A stretch of DNA of 64,000 bases, from the NCBI GenBank assembly GCA_964577425.1, contig CAZNZC010000003.1, forward strand, positions 73,803-137,802, given 5' to 3'. Source of the DNA: an uncultured Phycisphaeraceae bacterium. GTDB taxonomy: Bacteria; Planctomycetota; Phycisphaerae; Phycisphaerales; UBA1924. Numbering within the stretch: the first letter of the stretch is position 1; each line of letters begins with the position of its first letter. The translations under genes and the position numbers were made by a program. Shown here piece after piece: positions 1 to 6,828 of this stretch. Below the pieces are notes generated by a model. That model made no database searches. It saw only the letters and a list, made by a program, of their open reading frames with translations, and was not told where the DNA came from.

Positions 1-31
1 CCCCGTCCCGCTGACCCCGGGCGAGTTCACC

Positions 32-499
32 GTGCGGGAGATCACGGAGGCCGACCGGCCCTTCGTGCAGAGCGTGCTGCGCCGGTACTGGGCCTCGCTG
101 ATCCAGGTCAGCAAGGGGCGCAGGCACCAGGCCGACGAGCTGCCCGGCTTTCTGGCCATGCGCGACGACGAGATCGTCGGGATGCTGACCTATGACATCC
201 GCGGCGACGAGTGCGAGATCGTCACACACAACTCGCTGGCCGGGCACGGCGGGATCGGCTCGTGCCTGATGGCCGCCGTGCGCGCCAAGGCCCGCGAGTC
301 GGGCTGCAAGCGGCTCTGGCTGGTGACCACCAACGACAACACCTCGGCGATCCGCTTCTACCAGCGGCGCGACTTCAACCTGGCGGCCGTCCACCGCGAC
401 GCCGTCAAACTCGCCCGCACGCTCAAGCCCGAGATCCCGGACATCGGGATGGACGGGATCCCGATCCGGCACGAGATTGAACTCGAATACATCCTCTGA
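32..499 (+). CDS. GNAT family N-acetyltransferase
   Basis: 155-aa ORF with a GNAT acetyl-CoA-binding core (GHGGIGSCLMAAVRAKARESGCKRLWLVTTNDNTSAIRFYQRRDF). The track start is GTG at 32, but the frame stays open back to base 2, so the 5' end may lie outside the window. Confidence 0.75.
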   Translation: MREITEADRPFVQSVLRRYWASLIQVSKGRRHQADELPGFLAMRDDEIVGMLTYDIRGDECEIVTHNSLAGHGGIGSCLMAAVRAKARESGCKRLWLVTTNDNTSAIRFYQRRDFNLAAVHRDAVKLARTLKPEIPDIGMDGIPIRHEIELEYIL

Positions 500-502
500 T
501 CC

Positions 503-529
503 GGTGACACAGGCGTCCCGCCTGTGCGG
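503..529 (+). repeat. Single REP-B hairpin module (GGTGaCACAGGCG-TCC-CGCCTGTGCGG)
   Basis: Near-identical to copies at 1425-1451, 13560-13584, 18833-18857, 18873-18897 (inverted) and 38788-38812 (inverted). Lies between the GNAT stop and the ALDH-like start. Confidence 0.85.
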
Positions 530-538
530 AGCAACCCC

Positions 539-1387
539 ATGCCCGAACGACTCAGCGTCACAAAGACCTACAAGCTCTTTATCGGGGGGAAGTTTCCGCG
601 CACCGAGTCCGGGCGGACGCTGGTTGTCACCGACCCGTCGAACGCGCTGGCGGCCCATGTGTGCCACGCCTCGCGCAAGGATCTGCGGGACGCCGTGGAA
701 GCGGCAACCAAGGCGCAGGACGGATGGGCCAACACCACGGCGTACCTGCGGTCCCAGATCATCTACCGGCTCGCCGAGATGATGGAGGGCAAGCGGGCGG
801 AACTGGCCGCGGCCGTGGGCGAGGGAGGCGAGGCCGAGACCGACGCCGCCATCGACCGCGTGGTCCACTTCGCGGGCTGGTGCGACAAGTTCTCGATGAT
901 CGCCGGCGGGGCCAACCCCGTCGCCGGGCCGTACCACAACTTCACCGTGCCCGGCCCCGTGGGCGTCACCGGCGTGCTCTGCCCCGATGCGCACCCGCTG
1001 CTGGCCCTCGTCACACTGGCCGCTCCCGTCCTCGCGATGGGCAACGCCTGCGTGGCGCTGGCCTCCGAGACCAACCCCATCCCCGCGATGGTCCTCGCCG
1101 AAGCGCTGGCCGTCAGCGACCTGCCCGCCGGCGTGGTCAACATCCTGACCGGCCGACGCGATGAACTGGCCCCCCACTTCGCCGGCCACCGCGGCATCAC
1201 CGCCGTCCACGCCGCGGGCGTGTCCGACGCCCAGCGAACCGCCCTGCGCCTGGGAGCCGCCGAGAACCTCAAGCGGGTGACCATCCGCGACGGGGTGGAC
1301 TTCACCGACGACGCCGCCTGCGAAGGCCCGGCGTGGTGCGAGCCGTTCGTGGAGTTCAAGACGATCTGGCATCCGAGCGCGGTGTGA
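539..1387 (+). CDS. Aldehyde dehydrogenase-like protein, NAD-binding half only (no catalytic domain)
   Basis: The ATG at 539 (MPERLSVTKTYKLFIGGKF) is preferred over the GTG at 524, which sits inside the REP-B hairpin. ALDH N-terminal features are present: FIGGKF, GVTGVLCP, VLAMGNACVALASE, LPAGVVNILTG. The ORF stops about 35 aa after NLKRVT, with no LELGGK Glu and no catalytic Cys region. Confidence 0.7.
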   Translation: MPERLSVTKTYKLFIGGKFPRTESGRTLVVTDPSNALAAHVCHASRKDLRDAVEAATKAQDGWANTTAYLRSQIIYRLAEMMEGKRAELAAAVGEGGEAETDAAIDRVVHFAGWCDKFSMIAGGANPVAGPYHNFTVPGPVGVTGVLCPDAHPLLALVTLAAPVLAMGNACVALASETNPIPAMVLAEALAVSDLPAGVVNILTGRRDELAPHFAGHRGITAVHAAGVSDAQRTALRLGAAENLKRVTIRDGVDFTDDAACEGPAWCEPFVEFKTIWHPSAV

Positions 1388-1388
1388 C

Positions 1389-1947
1389 TTGGTAGGTCGG
1401 CACTCCGTGCCGACTCTTTGTATTGGTGGCACAGGCGTCCCGCCTGTGCGGGCTGGCTTTGCACAAGCGGGACGGCTGTGCCAGCAAAGACCGGGCTTCG
1501 GGCTGTGCCCGAACGGGGGGGCAGGATGCCCCCCGCTCCGGGATACGGAAAGCGGCACAGGCAGGTGCCTGTGCCGCCGGAGGAGAAGCAAAGAGAAGGC
1601 CCGGCTCGCCCCCCCCGTCGAGCCGGGCCGCCAAGGCCGTGTGGGCGTTCCGCAAAAACGGAACTCCCATACCCCTTCGTGCGTCTGAGAGGCCCCAACC
1701 CCGCCACGATCTTGGAGATTTTTTGCTGGTGGCGTCAATAAGCCGGGTTTGTTCGGGTGGGTTTTGGTGGTTTTAGCTTTGGTGGCCCGGCTCGTGGGGC
1801 CGACTTCCAATCGGCCTCGGGGGGCAGGATGGCCCCCGCTCAGGGGATGGGGGGAGGGAGGGGATGGCCGACTGCAAGTCGGCCCCACGGGGGGCGGGGA
1901 ACCCCACGATTCGGGGACTCATCGTGGGCGTGACCTTGGAATCCGCA
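1389..1947. repeat. Gene-free array of concatenated hairpin modules (REP-A, REP-B and at least six other stem-loop types)
   Basis: Hairpins seen: GTAG+GTCGGCAC-TCC-GTGCCGAC (1392-1414); GCACAGGCG-TCC-CGCCTGTGC (1429-1449); TTCGGGC-TGT-GCCCGAA (1497-1513); GGGGGGGCA-GGA-TGCCCCCC (1515-1534); GGCACAGGCA-GG-TGCCTGTGCC (1554-1575); GGCCGACT-GCA-AGTCGGCC (1866-1884); CCCACGAT..ATCGTGGG (about 1903-1928). All ORFs here are translations of repeats that recur elsewhere. Confidence 0.85.
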
Positions 1948-2922
1948 TCACTGGAGCCTGCGGAGCAGGAGCTTGTCCGCCCGCAACCACGCCAGGGCGA
2001 TGCCCGCTCCGACCAGCCCGACGGCGGCCTCGGTGACGGAGACGAGCAGGATGCCGGTCAGCAGCGCGTCCCGCTGGGTCTCGGCCGAGGCCAGCCCCGC
2101 CCCGACGGCCATGCCCAACGCCCCGGCCTCGCGCGTGCCGACGGTGCCGAAGGGGCTGACGACCCCGACCACGAAGAACGCCATGCCGATCAGGACGGCC
2201 TCCTCGCCCGTGAGCGGGACGCCGAGGATGCGGGCGGCGATCCAGAAGCGCAGGCCGAAGCCGAGGATGTCAAGGATGCGGGCGATGGTGGTGGACCAGA
2301 CGGCGTGGGTGTCGCCGCCCATCGAGGCCCCGCCGTGGAGGCGTTGGAACCACTCGCGCCCGGCGATGGGATCGGGCAGGCCGAGGCGTTTCATGCGTTC
2401 GAGGCCGCGGGGGCCGCGGACGAGGCGCGCGGTCTGCCAGGCGACGGCGTGGGCGGCGGCGATGGCGCACGCGATGACGAACCACCACCAGCGCCCCGCT
2501 CCCTCGGGCCGGGCGAAAGCCAGCCACATGGGCGCGATCGTGACCACGGTGAGCACGGCCACGACGATGAACCACGCGCCGATGGTCAGCGTGTGGACGC
2601 CGTCACGCCGGTTGTGGATCAGCCAGCGGGTCAGGACGCTGATCTTGAACGGAAGATAGCTGAGAAAGGTGGCCAGCGCATTGACGGCCACCGTGTCGGA
2701 CAGGCGCAGCCGGTGCAGGGGCCGGATGGCCGACCAGAAGATGAAGCCGTTGAGGAAGATACTCGCCGCCGCCAGGCCGAGCAACGCGAGGATCTGCCCC
2801 GCCCCGGCCTGCTGCACCTTCTCCAGCGCGGCCTTGTTCTCGTCCGACATGACCACGCGGACGCACCAGACGAGCAGCGCGATCCCGATGCCGAAGCCGA
2901 GGAGTTGGACGGCGATGCGCAC
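1948..2922 (-). CDS. Polytopic membrane protein, UPF0104 / lysyl-PG-synthase-TM (flippase-like) family candidate
   Basis: This is the C-terminal, hydrophobic part of the 1262-aa track ORF (about 8 predicted TM segments, RIAVQLLGFGIGIALLVW...). The start is placed at the in-frame GTG at 2922 and is uncertain. The rest of the 1262-aa ORF is out of frame with the real gene at 3006..5204. Confidence 0.5.
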   Translation of the reverse strand: MRIAVQLLGFGIGIALLVWCVRVVMSDENKAALEKVQQAGAGQILALLGLAAASIFLNGFIFWSAIRPLHRLRLSDTVAVNALATFLSYLPFKISVLTRWLIHNRRDGVHTLTIGAWFIVVAVLTVVTIAPMWLAFARPEGAGRWWWFVIACAIAAAHAVAWQTARLVRGPRGLERMKRLGLPDPIAGREWFQRLHGGASMGGDTHAVWSTTIARILDILGFGLRFWIAARILGVPLTGEEAVLIGMAFFVVGVVSPFGTVGTREAGALGMAVGAGLASAETQRDALLTGILLVSVTEAAVGLVGAGIALAWLRADKLLLRRLQ

Positions 2923-3005
2923 GCCGCCGCGCGCCGGCCGCGGCGCGGGGGGGGCCGCGGGAGGCGTTTGCGGCCCGGTCTCCTGGATGTCGGGAATGGG
3001 GTCGT

Positions 3006-5204
3006 TCAGGGGTTGCTCCGGAGTCGGAAGAGGGCGCGTCCCTGGTCGGGCCACACGCGGACCGGATGACCGAGGGTATCCGTCCAAGCGGCGACGGCGT
3101 CGGGGGTCAGCGCGGGATCGTTCCAGCCCGAAGCGGCCAGACGGTCCAGCTCGGGGAAGGAGACCAGCGCCCAGCGCAGGCCGCGGGCGTGGAGTTCGGC
3201 GGTCCAGGCGGCGGGTTCGTTCGGGCGGACCCGCATGGCGTCGGCCAGCGGGTGCGTGTCCCAGACGGTGGCGTACACGACGGGGCGGCGGAGGTAGATG
3301 GGCGTTGCGTCGCCGACGAGCAGGAGCGGTTCGGAGGCGGGGGCGGTTTCGTTGACACCCGCCGAGATCACCATGCCGCCCAGGTTCTCGATCGGCAGGT
3401 CGCCGGTGAACACGCCGGGGCCGAGGGTGAGCAGGGCATGGGGGTCGGCGTTGCGTTGGGAGGCGAGGTTGGCGACGGACCAGACGGCGGAGGCGGCCAG
3501 GGCGAGGGGGGGGAGGAAGCGACGGAGGAACGAAGCGACGGAACGACGGAGAGAGGGAGGGGGGGAGGGGAGGAGAGGCCGAGTGGAACTCGGCTCTGCT
3601 TCCTCGTGGGGCCGAGTGGAAGTCGGCCCGATCAGCCCCACCGTCGCCGCCATCAGCGGGAGCAGCGGGATCAGGAAGCGGCTCTGGAGGTGGGTGAAGG
3701 CGTACCACGCCAGCAGGCCCGCGCCCAGGGCCATTGTCAGGGCGACGGCGATCGGTCGGAACGGCCGTCGCGCAAAGAGCAGCGGCAGCGCGATCAGCGT
3801 GAGCAACGGCGTGAGCGCCCACTGCGGGTTGGTCAAACCCCGCCACCGGACCACCGCCGGAGCGCCCGGCTCGGCGGCGGGCAGGATCAGGGTGGCAAGG
3901 CGTTGCGCGAGCGTGCCGTCGAAGGCGTGGCCCGCCGCGTAGCGGGCGGACTGGTCGGGCGTCCAGTGGGCGTGGGTGAGCAGCGCGTTGGCGTGCGGGA
4001 ACACCGGGTTGCCCGAGAACGCGGCGTTGCGGACCAGCCAGGGGGCGAGCGTCAGCAGGCCGACCGCGGCCCCGACGGAGAACATGACGGCCCAGGCACG
4101 GGCCGGGGTGGACATCGCCATGAACACGCCCGCGCCCGGGGCGAGGAACAGGATCGCCGTGGGTTTGCAGCCCGCGGCCGCGCCGATCAGCAACGCGACC
4201 AGCGTCGCCCGGCGGACGGGACCGAGGCCGGGGACCGCCGCCGCGAGCAGGCCCGCCGCGCCCAGCGCCAGCACGCCCGGCTCGTTGTAGGCAAGCGACC
4301 CGACCACCTGGGTCCACGGTGTCAGCAGCACGATCGCGCCGGCGAGGAAGGCCGCGGATGTGGACCCGGCGGTATCGATCCCGGCGCGGGCGGCCAGCAC
4401 GCCCGCGAACGCGCCGGTCCACCACGCGGCCAGCAGCGTCAGCCCGAAGGCCAGCAGGTGCGCGCCCATCAGCGGCGCGGCGTGGCCCGCGAGCAGGCCG
4501 GACAGGCCGCGGTCGGTCAGCGCCGGGGCGTTGGCGAGGTGGGCCAGGTGGAGGACGGCCGCTTCGTAATAGCCGGGCAGGAACGAATAGACATTGTGCT
4601 CCAGCGGGGTGATGCGCCCGACCTCGAGCCATTCGGCGGGGAGTTGGAGGTGGTAGCTCAGGCTGTCGTACCCGCCGAACTCGGAATCCCACAGCGCGCC
4701 CGGGGGAGACACGGCCGCTACGAGCATGACCGCGACGCCGACCGAGGCGAGCGCGGCGATGGTCCGGTTCAGCGGGGTGAGGGCGAGGCCGGGGAGGGAT
4801 GGTTTCCAACGCCGGTTGGCGAGGACGAGCAGGGCGAGGCCGCCGCCGGTGATGGTCCAGGCGGTGGCGGTGTTCAGCAGGCCGAGCGCGCCGAGGGCGT
4901 GGGTGGCGGTCAGCGTCAGGGCGAGGCCGACGGCGGCGTTGAGGGCGTTTGCGTGCGGCAGGGAGCGGGTCCAGGGGCGGGCGATCACACCCCAGCCGAT
5001 CGCGCCGAGCAGGTAGGCGGCCGGCATCCAGCCCGCGCCGAGGGCGGTGGTGAACAGGGCGATCAGGCGGGAGGCGAGCGGCTCGGGCTGGCCGAGGGAG
5101 ACCGTCACGAGCAAGGCGGCGGCGAACACAGCCGGGATCACCCAGCCGACGACGGAGCGGGCGGCGGGGAGGGGAGGGGGGTTGGCTGGGGACGCGTCGG
5201 GCAC
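3006..5204 (-). CDS. Large polytopic membrane protein, GT-C (ArnT/PMT-like) glycosyltransferase candidate
   Basis: 732-aa ORF with a GTG start at 5204. It has many TM helices in the first ~520 aa and a soluble C-terminal domain. Assignment rests on overall architecture only; I did not verify a catalytic motif. Confidence 0.5.
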   Translation of the reverse strand: MPDASPANPPPLPAARSVVGWVIPAVFAAALLVTVSLGQPEPLASRLIALFTTALGAGWMPAAYLLGAIGWGVIARPWTRSLPHANALNAAVGLALTLTATHALGALGLLNTATAWTITGGGLALLVLANRRWKPSLPGLALTPLNRTIAALASVGVAVMLVAAVSPPGALWDSEFGGYDSLSYHLQLPAEWLEVGRITPLEHNVYSFLPGYYEAAVLHLAHLANAPALTDRGLSGLLAGHAAPLMGAHLLAFGLTLLAAWWTGAFAGVLAARAGIDTAGSTSAAFLAGAIVLLTPWTQVVGSLAYNEPGVLALGAAGLLAAAVPGLGPVRRATLVALLIGAAAGCKPTAILFLAPGAGVFMAMSTPARAWAVMFSVGAAVGLLTLAPWLVRNAAFSGNPVFPHANALLTHAHWTPDQSARYAAGHAFDGTLAQRLATLILPAAEPGAPAVVRWRGLTNPQWALTPLLTLIALPLLFARRPFRPIAVALTMALGAGLLAWYAFTHLQSRFLIPLLPLMAATVGLIGPTSTRPHEEAEPSSTRPLLPSPPPSLRRSVASFLRRFLPPLALAASAVWSVANLASQRNADPHALLTLGPGVFTGDLPIENLGGMVISAGVNETAPASEPLLLVGDATPIYLRRPVVYATVWDTHPLADAMRVRPNEPAAWTAELHARGLRWALVSFPELDRLAASGWNDPALTPDAVAAWTDTLGHPVRVWPDQGRALFRLRSNP
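3508..3632. repeat. Repeat modules embedded in frame in CDS 3006..5204
   Basis: A purine-rich module, GGGAGGAAGCGACGGAGGAACGAAGCGACGGA...GGGAGGGGAGG (3511-3573), resembles 15275-15343. It is followed by two hairpins, GGCCGAGTGGAACTCGGC (3578-3595) and GGCCGAGTGGAAGTCGGCCC (3610-3629), of the same type as 1866-1884 and 26245-26297. Translated peptide: GPTSTRPHEEAEPSSTRPLLPSPPPSLRRSVASFLRRFLPP. Confidence 0.8.
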
Positions 5205-5247
5205 GCCGGGATTCTAACGGGGGCGGGCGGGGGCCGTAGAATACGCC
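5205..5247. promoter_or_regulatory. Divergent promoter region with a symmetric pair of TAGAAT -10-like boxes
   Basis: TAGAAT lies at 5237-5242, 5 nt before the fur-like ATG at 5248. Its inverted copy ATTCTA (5211-5216) reads TAGAAT on the minus strand, 6 nt before the GTG at 5204. No Shine-Dalgarno sequence fits in either gap. Confidence 0.35.
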
Positions 5248-5703
5248 ATGGCGCTGCAACCCACCGACCCGGCAATGACCGGTGACATCATCGAGCCGCT
5301 GTGCGCCGTATTCCGCCGGTCGCTGAAGGATGTCGGCCTCAAGTACACGCCCGAGCGGGCGCAGATCCTCGACACCATCATCGAGCTGGACGGGCTGTTC
5401 GAGGCCGACCAGTTGCTCGAAGAGGTCAAGGGCAAGGGGTTCCGGGTGTCGAAGGCCACGGTCTACCGCACGCTCAAGCTGCTGGAGGAGTCGGGCATCA
5501 TCCAGCGGGTGCTGTTCGACCGCGAGCAGTCGCACTACCAGCTCGCCTACGGACGCAAGGGCAACACGCTGCTGGTGCGGGTGGACACCGGCGAGGTCGA
5601 GGTGCTGGAACTGCCGGAACTGGTCGCCCTCCGCGACAAAATCTGCAAAGCCCGCGGCCTGCGCCCCGAGGGACACCGCCTCCAGATCTTCGCGACGAAG
5701 TGA
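5248..5703 (+). CDS. Fur-family (ferric uptake regulator fold) transcriptional regulator, metal ligands not conserved
   Basis: 151 aa. Has a winged-helix DNA-binding part (TPERAQILDTI..., SKATVYRTLKLLEESGIIQRV) and a dimerisation domain. The usual HHxH and CxxC positions read RKGN and RVDTG. Confidence 0.75.
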   Translation: MALQPTDPAMTGDIIEPLCAVFRRSLKDVGLKYTPERAQILDTIIELDGLFEADQLLEEVKGKGFRVSKATVYRTLKLLEESGIIQRVLFDREQSHYQLAYGRKGNTLLVRVDTGEVEVLELPELVALRDKICKARGLRPEGHRLQIFATK

Positions 5704-5710
5704 GGATTTT

Positions 5711-5951
5711 TTGAACGCGGAGGGCGCAAAGGTCACGCGGAGGACGCGGAGACAGGAAAAGAGGTTTCAACGCGAAGATCCGAAGATCGCGAAGAAACGC
5801 CTTGGACGAATGGTCGATGAACCATCAGACGCTTGTGTGCTCGGTTCAGGTTTGAATTGAATCGGTGATGGATCGCTTCGCGATCTTCGGATCTTCGTGT
5901 TCAAAGTCCTCTCCGCGTCCTCCGCGTGACCTTTGCGTGCTCTGCGTTCAA
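5711..5951. repeat. About 240-bp composite inverted-repeat (MITE-like) element
   Basis: The outer arms, 5711-5752 and 5910-5951, are reverse complements with 3 mismatches in 42 nt. The inner arms (5770-5795 and 5877-5902, CGCGAAGATCCGAAGATCGCGAAG) have 1 mismatch. The central ~80 nt is less GC-rich. It lies between the convergent fur-like and exbD genes. Confidence 0.8.
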
Positions 5952-5965
5952 TCCCCCGTTCGGCC

Positions 5966-6403
5966 TTACCGCAGCCGCACCTCCGCCCCCGCCGCGACCA
6001 GCGCGGCGTGCAGCCGGACCACCTCCGCATAAGGAGCCGTGTCGGCCGGTTCGATCTCCACCACCAGGCCCTTCGCCACGCTCGGGTCCATCGCGCCGAT
6101 CGAAGCGATCGCGTCGTCCAGCGGGCGTTCTGGCCCGATGCCCCGCACCAGTGTGACACCGTCGCGGATGAACACCTCGGCGCGGAGGATCGGGCTGGGC
6201 AGGGCCAGGGGGGCGGGGGGGGTGGGCGGTGCTGGCTCGGGCAGCCCGGCGCGCAGGAACCACTCCGGCCCGGTGATGGTGGCCGAGGCCATGAAGAAGA
6301 TCAGGATCACCAGCGTCACATCCACCATCGGCGTCATGTTGGGCACGCCCATGCCGGGGGCTCGATCGAGCACACTGCGCCGATGGAAGGTGCGCTGGCT
6401 CAT
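5966..6403 (-). CDS. exbD: Biopolymer transport protein ExbD/TolR (second copy)
   Basis: 145 aa from the ATG at 6403. Shows the ExbD signature NMTPMVDVTLVILIFFM and a periplasmic domain. The start overlaps the upstream stop (ATGA). Confidence 0.8.
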   Translation of the reverse strand: MSQRTFHRRSVLDRAPGMGVPNMTPMVDVTLVILIFFMASATITGPEWFLRAGLPEPAPPTPPAPLALPSPILRAEVFIRDGVTLVRGIGPERPLDDAIASIGAMDPSVAKGLVVEIEPADTAPYAEVVRLHAALVAAGAEVRLR

Positions 6404-6828
6404 CCTCCCCCCCCCCCACGCTGCGTGACGAGTTCCAGTTCGCGCACGCCCGCGCCCCGCGCGGCATCGAGCGCGGGGCGCACGGCCGAGTACGGCGCGG
6501 CCTCGTCGGCCCGCACCTCGACCCGGGCGTCCGGGTTGCGTGCCAGACGCCCGCTCAGCTCGCCGCGCAACCGGGCTGGCTCGATGGCCAGGCCGTCGAG
6601 CAGCAGTTCGCCATTGTCGCGCACGCCCAGCACGATCGGATCCGCCGGGGGGTTGATCCCGCGTGCGCCCTGGGGTGTCTCGGGGATGTCGATCCCCGCC
6701 GCCCGGTTGATCGCCAGCTGGCCCACCATCAGATAGAACACGATCAGGCACATGACCACATCGATCATGGGCACCACATTGACGCGCACACCGGCGTCAG
6801 CGCGGTCAAGAACGCTCCGCCGGTTCAC
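6400..6828 (-). CDS. exbD: Biopolymer transport protein ExbD/TolR (first copy)
   Basis: 142 aa from the GTG at 6828, which overlaps the exbB stop (GTGA). Signature NVVPMIDVVMCLIVFYLM. The C-terminus GGGGG is encoded by an 11-nt homopolymer (6407-6417). Confidence 0.75.
   Translation of the reverse strand: MNRRSVLDRADAGVRVNVVPMIDVVMCLIVFYLMVGQLAINRAAGIDIPETPQGARGINPPADPIVLGVRDNGELLLDGLAIEPARLRGELSGRLARNPDARVEVRADEAAPYSAVRPALDAARGAGVRELELVTQRGGGGG

Noticed and set aside
1389-1947. Possible CRISPR array (many short palindromic repeats in a non-coding stretch)
   Set aside because: There is no single repeat recurring at constant spacing with unique spacers. The region is a concatenation of different hairpin modules. 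No cas genes are present in the window.
1948-5736. 1262-aa minus-strand ORF spanning two genes
   Set aside because: Only its last ~325 aa (hydrophobic, TM-rich) look like a protein. The remainder is Arg/Pro/Ala-rich low-complexity sequence out of frame with the convincing 732-aa membrane protein at 3006..5204. This is a typical open-frame artefact of very GC-rich DNA.
5840-5870. tRNA-like T-arm motif (GGTTCAGGTTTGAATTGAATC) in the MITE-like element core
   Set aside because: No acceptor or anticodon arms can be drawn around it. It lies in the loop of the long inverted repeat. I recognised no tRNA, rRNA, tmRNA or RNase P elsewhere in the window, although this was by eye only.
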